Shown here piece by piece: positions 57,301 through 64,000 of a stretch of DNA of 64,000 nt. The stretch spans positions 1,529,537-1,593,536 of the forward strand of contig OZ244940.1 in the NCBI GenBank assembly GCA_965222035.1, in the 5' to 3' direction. The notes below the pieces were generated by a model. That model was not told the DNA's origin and ran no database searches. It saw only the letters and a program-made list of their open reading frames with translations. Position numbers and translations under genes: made by a program. The stretch's first letter is position 1; every line of letters begins with the position of its first letter. The stretch is from Candidatus Amphirhobacter sp. GTDB lineage: Bacteria > Pseudomonadota > Gammaproteobacteria > Tethybacterales > Tethybacteraceae.

Positions 57301-57726
57301 GACCAGCTCGCGCAGCGCGCGCCGCAGCTGGCCGGCAGTGATGCCGCCGACGGAATGGGTGCCGTCGGCGTTGCGGACCACCGCCAGCTTGGCGTTGTCC
57401 ACCGCCAGCACCGGCTGCTGCTGATAGCCGAAGACCAGCCGCGCGCGCCGCGCGCGAATCGTCTGCTCGCCGATGCTCATGTACGGATCGGTGACGACCA
57501 CGAAGGCCTGCCGCGTCCCGAGGCTGACCTCGAGGCTGCCAAAGCCGATGTCGACCTCGCGGCCGAGCTGCTCGGTCAGGCCCGCGCTGATTCCCGCCAG
57601 CAGCTGGCGGGTGCCCGGCTCGAGCAAGTAGGGCAGGATGACGGCCTTGATGGCGATCACGAGCACGAACAGCGTGACCACAACCCAGACATGGCTGCGC
57701 CAAATCCATACCAGTATCGTGCGCAT
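54376..57726 (-). CDS. yhdP: AsmA-family large inner-membrane protein, YhdP-like
   Basis: 1116 aa with an N-terminal TM anchor and a C-terminal AsmA2 motif (YKVTGTWDEPEI). It is near tldD. Confidence 0.75.
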   Translation of the reverse strand: MRTILVWIWRSHVWVVVTLFVLVIAIKAVILPYLLEPGTRQLLAGISAGLTEQLGREVDIGFGSLEVSLGTRQAFVVVTDPYMSIGEQTIRARRARLVFGYQQQPVLAVDNAKLAVVRNADGTHSVGGITAGQLRRALRELVPQLLRRLPAGGGQPQLPVPELFIATDANVSYALDAESEPVLLPGTNFALRTTDDGALQLSFKSLGGAPWAYEGRFDLERDDEAGDQLDFYADISKAGPLLRRLDLPQEAEGLSIRIWGDVERSAHINIYARAQAPAGSYASDAAPLAMTVSVGLSSMEMSARVADAFEPTRQVAGQWRLDTNAMQLLLPTIFLDGQLDLARVESSGGFRWNADSWNLRADDTRLTGPVGVGRFELDLAQGTEGLLAVNLVGGAPEGDFETIVNLMPRSLSEDGVAYLRERLRAGRANMQTIIVAGSDARGFPWPDGGGRFAIGVNVYDAELDYADGYPVLTDAAAKFGIEGTRFALTIVEGATADADLRVARVGIDDLKADLITIHVALDAMLPNDGLGAVLLQLPPTRAKAQELLGVIQPFGTQRLLLTVAVPVTEGEPSVVGALEMGDGSAAVYMPATLTASGLGGRLTIRDGGVSGLLGGKVLGSNVVLSLALADDRERLRLRGFYDLRQALADLGQPTALELQGTSAVTASYVDGDFSLASGMQGTSLRLPAPFGKDAASERPLRISVGPDATMLDYDDGLLRARLPQAGGAALAFGPDGEVPPAPAAGTRIRGEVAGIDIDALLSAGGDEDALAPHYPLDIAVSLPRARLLKFEHANLDVRATIAATLTTAYLTSEILDGAARIGPGGTVLISMARLSVPAPAEEPGEEIAAGAPTPALPALDARIDVFEYKDKTYRDIRLLLEPRDGSWMEASAAWRLASTSFSVAGGTDTAHPYTALTVDIVVPQLQEFVSRQLDSDSVTEGAGQVTGLLSWRDDLFSPHYPSLRGTLNFTAEDIIITRGSGGVRLLNLLSPFTLLNTLSDLDLEGTRFDSANGQFAFADGLLLINQLEMEGDEVDISASGSTDIIAETNDIDYSVELAATDTLTAGAVSFVNPLAGAILLVFGNVLDAPLLGRPNFNYKVTGTWDEPEIITQTPGE

Positions 57727-57795
57727 GCCCGCTCGTTTCGCCCCTTGGTTCCGACTCTTATCTTACAAGTAAAATAGTAGTGGGAGATAACTTGG

Positions 57796-58320
57796 ATGCT
57801 GGACTTGCTGCGTGTGCTGCTGCTGCGCACGGCGATCATCGCCGTGTCCAGCGCCTGCTTTTACCTCGTGCTGGCCAACATCCACGACTACCCGCAGACC
57901 AAGCAGGCCCTGGCCGGCTATCGCAACGGCGACCGGGTGTTCTTCCTCATCGCCTTCAACTTCGTCAATGAGGCCGGCAACGGCATCCGCTACGCTCTCA
58001 CCGGCAATTCGAGCCACCTGGGCTACTTTCCCAAGAGCGACCCGCGCCAGGATGACAGCGATCGTGAACTCACCCATAGCTCGTTTGAAGTCGCCCTCGT
58101 CGGCGCCCAGGCCGGTGAATGGCGCGAGCAGCTGCGGCTGAGCCACATGTACGCCATCGGCTGGGGCACTGACGTGCGCGGCGCGGACGCGCTCGAATGG
58201 TACCGCAAGTCCGAGACGGCTGCCAACGAGCAGGACGAGCATGACCTGTGGCTGATCAGCAGCCGGCGCCAGCTGGTCGCCGCCATCATCAACACCGAGT
58301 TCGATTACGAGAAGCTGTAG
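57796..58320 (+). CDS. Hypothetical protein (possible degenerate Sel1-like repeat)
   Basis: 174-aa ORF. MYAIGWGTDVRGADALEWYRKS resembles a Sel1 repeat. The promoter region carries CTTATCTTACAAG, resembling the CTTATCTTGACAAG motif of the ATPase intergenic module. Confidence 0.4.
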   Translation: MLDLLRVLLLRTAIIAVSSACFYLVLANIHDYPQTKQALAGYRNGDRVFFLIAFNFVNEAGNGIRYALTGNSSHLGYFPKSDPRQDDSDRELTHSSFEVALVGAQAGEWREQLRLSHMYAIGWGTDVRGADALEWYRKSETAANEQDEHDLWLISSRRQLVAAIINTEFDYEKL

Positions 58321-58337
58321 CGGGGCCGAAACCCTGC

Positions 58338-59723
58338 TCAGAAAGGCATTGCGACCGAGGCGTCGACCGCGGCGATCAAGCCCGCGAACGCGTCGCGGAT
58401 GCGGTCGCGCGCCGCGGGGTCCTTGCCCTCGAAGCGCATGATGATGCTCGGCGTGGTGTTCGAAGCGCGCACCAGGCCGAAGCCGTCCTCCCAGTCGGCG
58501 CGCAGGCCGTCGATGGTGACGATCTGCGGCGCGCCGTCGAATGCCTGCGCCGCGACCAGCCGCTCGACCAGCGCATGGGGATTGGCCGCCGCTCCCAGCG
58601 GGACGGTGTACTCCGGCGTCGCATATGAATCGGGTACGGTCGTACTCAGCTGCGTCGCCGATTCCGCCTCGGCCACCATGCGCAGCAGCCGCACCGCGGT
58701 CAGCAAGGGATCGTCGAAGCTCCAGCCCTCCTCGTTGAAATAGAAATGGCCGGAGAGCTCGCCGCCGAGCGGAGCGCCGCGCTTCGCCAGCTCCTTCTTC
58801 ATGAATGAATGGCCCGTGCGCCAGACATGCGGCTTGCCGCCCGCAGCGACGATGAACGGGCCGAGATTGGCCGTGGACTTGACGTCATAGACCACTTCGC
58901 TGCCGGGCTTGCGCGCCAGCAGCTCGCGGGTCAGCAGCATCAGGATGCGGTCCGGATACAAAATGCCCTCGGGCAGCCACACGCCCAGGCGGTCGCCGTC
59001 GCCGTCGAAGGCCAGCACCATCTCGGCGCCCTCGGCCTCCATCTTCGCGACCGCGTCCTTGAAGTTCTCGGGCACCGCCGGATCGGGATGGTGGTTGGGG
59101 AACTCTCCGTCGATGTCGCAGTACAGCTCGCTGACCTCGCAACCCAGCCGCCGCAGCACTTCCGGATAGGAAGGACCCGCGACGCCGTTGCCGCAGTCGA
59201 CCACCACCTTGACCGGCCGCTGCAGCTGCGGACCTGCCAGGACCGCGTCGGCGTAGGCCGCGACGATGCCGTCGAGCGGCTCGGTCGCCGCCGGCTGGTC
59301 AGCCGGCTGCAGGCCGCTCTCGATCATGGCGCGCAGCTCGGTGACCTCCTCGCCCGCCAGCGGGACCCCGCCGAGCGTCATCTTGATGCCGTTGTAGCTC
59401 TTCGGATTGTGGCTGCCGGTGATGACGACGCTGTTGCCGCCGGTGTGCTGCTTCGCGCCCCAGTAGGCGGTCGGCGTCGGCATCATGCCGGCGTCGCGCA
59501 CCGGCATGCCCATGGCGTTGAGGCCCTCCGCCAGGGCTTGGGCCAGGCCGGGACTGCTCAGGCGGCCGTCGCGCGCGACCAGCACCGCCGGACTGCCGGC
59601 CGCCTTGGCCTTCGCGCCCAGCGCCTGGCCGACCAGGCGGGCCGCGGACTCGTTGAGCATCTCCGGGACCAGGCCGCGGATGTCGTAGGCGCGGAAGATC
59701 TCCGCGGCGGGCAAGTCGCTCAT
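58338..59723 (-). CDS. Phosphomannomutase/phosphoglucomutase (AlgC/ManB family)
   Basis: 461 aa with the active-site loop TGSHNPKSYNGIK, the metal-binding DGDGDR and GELSGH. Confidence 0.9.
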   Translation of the reverse strand: MSDLPAAEIFRAYDIRGLVPEMLNESAARLVGQALGAKAKAAGSPAVLVARDGRLSSPGLAQALAEGLNAMGMPVRDAGMMPTPTAYWGAKQHTGGNSVVITGSHNPKSYNGIKMTLGGVPLAGEEVTELRAMIESGLQPADQPAATEPLDGIVAAYADAVLAGPQLQRPVKVVVDCGNGVAGPSYPEVLRRLGCEVSELYCDIDGEFPNHHPDPAVPENFKDAVAKMEAEGAEMVLAFDGDGDRLGVWLPEGILYPDRILMLLTRELLARKPGSEVVYDVKSTANLGPFIVAAGGKPHVWRTGHSFMKKELAKRGAPLGGELSGHFYFNEEGWSFDDPLLTAVRLLRMVAEAESATQLSTTVPDSYATPEYTVPLGAAANPHALVERLVAAQAFDGAPQIVTIDGLRADWEDGFGLVRASNTTPSIIMRFEGKDPAARDRIRDAFAGLIAAVDASVAMPF

Positions 59724-60664
59724 GCCGAGTGGCGGCTGAAGAAGGAGTGCGCCGCCCGCGCCAGCCAGTCGTGGCGCCCCGGGAAGGGCGGCGTGACGAA
59801 GCCGGCGTGGCCGCCGGCCTTGACGCGCAGGGTCTCGATGGCCGGATTGTCCGGCAGATTGGCCGGCGGGACCAAAGCGTCGTTGCCGCTCTCGACTAGC
59901 AGCAGGGGTGTCGCCACCTGCCCGAGCAGCGGCTGCGCCGAGGCCTTGGCATAGTAGTCGTCGACGCCGTCGAAGCCGTGCAGCGGCGCGGTGAAGCGTT
60001 CGTCGAAGTCGCGGATGCGCCGCAGGCGCCGGATCTCCCGCGCCTTGGCGAGGAACGGATACAGCTTGATCTTCGCCAGCATCTTGGCCCGCAGGCGCCG
60101 CATGAAATAGCTGCCGTACAGCCAGCGGTTGAAGATCATGTCGATGCGGCGCGCGCAGTCGGCCAGGTCGACGGGCGCGCAGACCGTACATGCGGCGCGC
60201 ACCAGCTGCTGCTCGGGCTGCTCGCCCAAAAACTTCGCGAGCACGTTGCCGCCGAGCGAGATGCCCAGGGCGTAGCTGGGCTCGTCCTCCCGCCGGGCGT
60301 AGCCGAGCATCCAGCGGCAGTCGGCGGTGTCGCCGGCGTGGTAGGCGCGCGGCAGGCGGTTCATGACCCCGCAGCTGCGGAAGTGCGGGACGACGATGCT
60401 CCAGCCCTGCTCGTTGAACCACGCGGCGCATTGGCGCACGGTGTGGCTGCGCGAGCAGCCCTCGAGGCCGTGGAAGATCACCAGCCGGGGCTTGCCCGCC
60501 TCGCCGTCGAGGAAATCAAAGGCGACCACGTCGTTGTCCGGCGTCGTCGCCAGCTCGCGGCGCCAGGTGGGATGGGGCCCGAGCCGCCGCGCCCAGATGG
60601 TCTCCAGATGGGTGCTGCATAGCCACCAGGGGCGGATGAATTCCGGCATGGCCGCTGCATTCAT
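59720..60664 (-). CDS. Alpha/beta hydrolase, YheT-like
   Basis: LVIFHGLEG ... nucleophile elbow GISLGGN ... a C-terminal H. The start is set at MNAAAMPEF. Its ATGA overlaps the phosphomannomutase start. Confidence 0.65.
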   Translation of the reverse strand: MNAAAMPEFIRPWWLCSTHLETIWARRLGPHPTWRRELATTPDNDVVAFDFLDGEAGKPRLVIFHGLEGCSRSHTVRQCAAWFNEQGWSIVVPHFRSCGVMNRLPRAYHAGDTADCRWMLGYARREDEPSYALGISLGGNVLAKFLGEQPEQQLVRAACTVCAPVDLADCARRIDMIFNRWLYGSYFMRRLRAKMLAKIKLYPFLAKAREIRRLRRIRDFDERFTAPLHGFDGVDDYYAKASAQPLLGQVATPLLLVESGNDALVPPANLPDNPAIETLRVKAGGHAGFVTPPFPGRHDWLARAAHSFFSRHSA

Positions 60665-60710
60665 GCGAATCCATTCTATTACAGCGCGGCGGGTAATATA
60701 ATAAGCCTGC

Positions 60711-62300
60711 GTGGCGAAATACATCTTCTTCACTGGCGGGGTGGCCTCCTCGATCGGCAAGGGAGTGGCCGCCGCCGCTCTCGGCGCCGTGCTCGAGGCG
60801 CGCCAGCTCAAGACCACCATCATCAAGCTGGACCCGTACATCAACATCGATCCGGGCACCATGAACCCGCATCAGCACGGCGAGGTCTTCGTCACCCACG
60901 ACGGCGCCGAGACCGATCTCGACCTCGGGCACTACGAGCGCTTCCTCAACCGCCGCATGTCGCGGCAGAACAACTGCACCGCCGGGCAGATTTACGAGCG
61001 GGTGATCCGCCGCGAGCGCTCCGGCGAGTTCCTCGGCGAGACCGTCCAGGTGATCCCGCACATCACCAACGAGATCATCGCCTTCATCGAGCAGCAGGAC
61101 GAGGCCCACGACGTCGTCATCATCGAGGTCGGCGGCACCGTCGGCGACATCGAATCGCTGCCCTTTCTCGAGGCCATCCGGCAGATGCGCCTGCGGCGCG
61201 GGCCCGAGGACAGCCTGTTCGCGCACATGACCCTGGTGCCGCAGGTCGCGTCCGCCGGCGAGCTCAAGACCAAGCCAACGCAGCACTCGGTCCGCGAGCT
61301 GCGCGAGATTGGCATCCAGCCCGACCTGCTGCTGTGCCGCGTCACCGGCACGCTGCCCGACGAGCACCGCCGCAAGATCGCCCTGTTCTCCAACCTGCAT
61401 GAGGATAAGGTCTTCGGCATCCCCGACGTCGGCATCATCTACGAGATGCCGCTGGAGATTGCCGCCCGCGGCCTGGACGCCGCCGTCTGCGCGCAGCTGG
61501 GCATCGGCGGCGCCGAGCCCGACCTGTCCGCCTGGCAGCGGTTCAAGGAGGACGCCAACAAGCGCAGCAAGAAGGCCGTCATCGGCTTCGTCGGCAAGTA
61601 CGCCAATCCGAACCAGTCGTACCGCTCGCTGGTCGAGGCGCTCGAGCATGCCGGCATCCACACCGGCCGGCAGGTCGTCATCGAGCACATCGACACCGAG
61701 GAGACCAACGGCATCGCCGCGCGCATCGAGGCCTGCGACGCCATCGTGGTCCCCGGCGCCTTCGGCGACCGCGGCGTCGCCGGCAAGATCGAGGCCATCC
61801 GCATCGCGCGCGAGCAGGGCAAGCCCTTCCTCGGCATCTGCCTGGGCATGCAATTGGCGCTCGTCGAATACGCCACCAACCAGCTCAACCTCGCCGGCGC
61901 CAACTCGGTGGAGTTCGACGAGGACACCCCGCATCCGGTCGTGTGCCTCGAGAAGGCGCAGTCGGCTGACGAAGGCCTGGGCGGGACCATGCGCCTGGGC
62001 GGCTCCAAGTGCCGGATTGATCCCAACAGCATGCTGCATGAGATCTACAGCCAGGACGTCATCGACGAGCGCCACCGGCACCGCTATGAGTTCAACAACG
62101 CCTTCCGCGATTCGTTCGCGCAGTCGAACATGCAGCTGAGCGCATGGTCCGATGACGAGCGGCGCTACTGCGAGGCCATCGAGCTGCACGGCCATCCGTG
62201 GTTCATCGCCACGCAGTTCCATCCCGAGTACGAATCCAATCCGCACAACAGCCATCCGCTGTTCAAGAGCTTCATCCAAGCGGCTTCCCGCCGCCGCTAG
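60711..62300 (+). CDS. pyrG: CTP synthase
   Basis: [15 protein letters not shown] ... [17 protein letters not shown] ... GATase domain GICLGMQ. GTG start. Confidence 0.95.
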   Translation: MAKYIFFTGGVASSIGKGVAAAALGAVLEARQLKTTIIKLDPYINIDPGTMNPHQHGEVFVTHDGAETDLDLGHYERFLNRRMSRQNNCTAGQIYERVIRRERSGEFLGETVQVIPHITNEIIAFIEQQDEAHDVVIIEVGGTVGDIESLPFLEAIRQMRLRRGPEDSLFAHMTLVPQVASAGELKTKPTQHSVRELREIGIQPDLLLCRVTGTLPDEHRRKIALFSNLHEDKVFGIPDVGIIYEMPLEIAARGLDAAVCAQLGIGGAEPDLSAWQRFKEDANKRSKKAVIGFVGKYANPNQSYRSLVEALEHAGIHTGRQVVIEHIDTEETNGIAARIEACDAIVVPGAFGDRGVAGKIEAIRIAREQGKPFLGICLGMQLALVEYATNQLNLAGANSVEFDEDTPHPVVCLEKAQSADEGLGGTMRLGGSKCRIDPNSMLHEIYSQDVIDERHRHRYEFNNAFRDSFAQSNMQLSAWSDDERRYCEAIELHGHPWFIATQFHPEYESNPHNSHPLFKSFIQAASRRR

Positions 62301-62302
62301 CG

Positions 62303-63127
62303 ATGCCTGCTGCGGTCGCGGTCGACGGCGTCAAGATCGGCGCCGGCCAGCCGCTAGCGGTCATCGCCGGGCCCTGCGCGGCCGAATCCCTGGAGCTGTG
62401 CCTCGAGGCCGGTACGGCGCTGCAACAGGCATGCGCGGACGCGGGCGTCGGCTATGTGTTCAAGGCTTCCTTCGACAAGGCCAACCGCACGTCGGGTACC
62501 ACCGGCCGCGGGCCGGGCATGGAGGAGGGCCTCGGCATCCTGAAGCAGGTCAAGGCCGAGCTGCAGGTTCCAATCATCACTGACATCCACTTGCCCGAGC
62601 AGGCCGCTCCGGTCGCCGAGGTCTGCGACGCCCTGCAGATTCCGGCCTTTTTGTGCCGGCAGACCGATTTGCTGGCCGCCGCCGCCGCGACCGGCAAGCC
62701 GGTCATGGTCAAGAAAGGGCAGTTCCTCGCGCCGGAGGACATGCAGGCGGTCGTGGACAAGCTGCAGGCGGCCAAGGCGAGCGGCATCATGCTGTGCGAG
62801 CGCGGGACGATGTTCGGCTATCACAACCTGGTGGTCGATATGCGCGCGCTGGTGATCATGCGCGCGACCGGCTGTCCCGTGGTCTTCGACGCGACCCACA
62901 GCACCCAGTTGCCGGGCTCGGCGGGCACGTCTACGGGCGGGCAGCGCGAACTGGCGCCGGTACTGGCGCGGGCCGCGGCTGCGGTCGGCATCGATGCGTT
63001 GTTCATCGAAGCGCATCCGCGGCCGGAGCGGGCGGTCTCCGACGCGGCGGTGCAGCTGCCGCTCGCTGAGGCGGCCGCGACCATCAAGACGGTCGCGCAG
63101 CTAGCTGCTCTATCCCAGCAGGACTAA
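62303..63127 (+). CDS. kdsA: 2-dehydro-3-deoxyphosphooctonate aldolase (KDO-8-P synthase)
   Basis: [12 protein letters not shown] ... [13 protein letters not shown] ... ITDIH ... FDATHS. pyrG-kdsA synteny. Confidence 0.9.
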   Translation: MPAAVAVDGVKIGAGQPLAVIAGPCAAESLELCLEAGTALQQACADAGVGYVFKASFDKANRTSGTTGRGPGMEEGLGILKQVKAELQVPIITDIHLPEQAAPVAEVCDALQIPAFLCRQTDLLAAAAATGKPVMVKKGQFLAPEDMQAVVDKLQAAKASGIMLCERGTMFGYHNLVVDMRALVIMRATGCPVVFDATHSTQLPGSAGTSTGGQRELAPVLARAAAAVGIDALFIEAHPRPERAVSDAAVQLPLAEAAATIKTVAQLAALSQQD

Positions 63128-64000
63128 GAGTTTTCCCGGTCGCGCCGGGCGTCCTGGCAGTCGAGGCCGTGCTCCTCGATCATCGCGTCATAATGCTGCA
63201 GCAGCCGATAGCAGGCGATGGCAGTGGGCTCGTCGCCGTAATCGGAAGCTTGCTGGCCAAATGAAATCGTTTTCCGGCGATGCACGAAGATCTCCTCGGC
63301 CGTGATGTTGCACAATTCTCCGCTTGCGAAAGCTTGCTTGTACGTCGCATGATCTTTTTGGATCTTGGCGATGTTCTTTTCGAGTTTCGGATTGGGTTCA
63401 TGGGCGCTGGCTAGTCTCTTGAAGAATTCCGCCTGCAGCAGCAGGGGCGCGAGATAGGCCTGCTTGAATCCTTCTGACAGGGGATAGCGTTTCTCTTGCG
63501 GGCTGTCGGGGTCGGGCGCATGCGGCGGCGGGTCCTCGGGCGGTTTCTCGTCCGGCTGCGGAGACGCGGGCTCTGCTTCCGGACCAAACGTCCTAGCGAT
63601 GTAGGTATAAGGCTGCTGATGGTATTTCTTCTCTACGATTTGAGCCGTTCTGCCGCTACCTAAATCGACCGTTTCCGGAATCTTGACGCCCTCATGGTAG
63701 ACGCTGAAAGCCTGGTGGTTGTCGTGATCGCGCCATAAGCAGATGTAGCCTGGCCCGCGCTCCTGGTCCAGCTTCGCTGCTTCCTTGAGCTTGGCCGCAG
63801 GATCTTCCAAGCTATCGAACCTCCTGCTTTGCTCCTTGGTCTGCAGCCTCTTGCAGATGTCTTCGGCGACGAAGGTGTGAGGATGCTGATGGTGCGTGGT
63901 GCTGATGAGCTGTCCGAGGAAGTTCGCGCCTAGCTTCAGCTCCTTCGGAGCCTTGTCGGGGTCGTAATAGACCGTGAACACCTCCTCGCCGCTGGCATCT
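63124..64000 (-). CDS. Hypothetical protein with a Pro/Glu/Asp-rich low-complexity segment; its 5' end is outside the window
   Basis: The ORF is open to the window edge. It has the low-complexity segment [33 protein letters not shown] is about 55%, below the window mean. Confidence 0.4.
   Translation of the reverse strand, partial: DASGEEVFTVYYDPDKAPKELKLGANFLGQLISTTHHQHPHTFVAEDICKRLQTKEQSRRFDSLEDPAAKLKEAAKLDQERGPGYICLWRDHDNHQAFSVYHEGVKIPETVDLGSGRTAQIVEKKYHQQPYTYIARTFGPEAEPASPQPDEKPPEDPPPHAPDPDSPQEKRYPLSEGFKQAYLAPLLLQAEFFKRLASAHEPNPKLEKNIAKIQKDHATYKQAFASGELCNITAEEIFVHRRKTISFGQQASDYGDEPTAIACYRLLQHYDAMIEEHGLDCQDARRDRENS

Noticed and set aside
60516-62279. 587-aa minus-strand ORF opposite pyrG
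   Set aside because: It is antisense to CTP synthase and low-complexity.

Overview
This is a high-GC (about 65-68%) proteobacterial chromosomal window whose backbone is ordinary housekeeping genes in gamma/beta-proteobacterial synteny. Recognisable genes include ctpA, xerD, a fused hydantoinase/oxoprolinase, plsY, ispG, rlmN, ndk, guaC, dtd, phaR, hisB, hisH, mlaFEDCB, trpD, trpC, tldD, a yhdP-like gene, a phosphomannomutase, pyrG and kdsA. Three unusual tandem paralog families are inserted into this backbone. First, the minus-strand segment 33769..49504 (15.7 kb) is ten consecutive, mostly translationally coupled paralogs of a GT-C membrane glycosyltransferase of about 520 aa. Each carries the GT22/PIG-B/Alg9 hallmark motif PDE-x6-E...TWEW in its first extracytoplasmic loop, followed by a low-GC C-terminal soluble domain of about 150 aa. 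Second, a lower-GC islet lies beside an initiator-like tRNA-Met(CAU) at 14377..18624. It holds an aldo/keto reductase plus three translationally coupled HNH (DUF1524-type, His-Me finger) nuclease paralogs. Third, there are five copies, in two subfamilies, of an Arch_ATPase/AAA_16-like P-loop NTPase of about 400 aa. Three of them form a tandem array (28207..31757) with one internally deleted pseudogene and a repeated intergenic module of about 140 bp. All five copies carry a conserved SD-less leader with TAAAATA immediately 5' of the ATG. Other features are a pair of perfect DnaA boxes at the hisH 3' end, a low-GC islet (7425..8210) encoding a small secreted protein, and two overlapping, distantly paralogous small secreted Cys-pair proteins. 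No CRISPR array, rRNA, transposase or phage integrase is visible. Many long antisense ORFs in this GC-rich DNA are artefacts.
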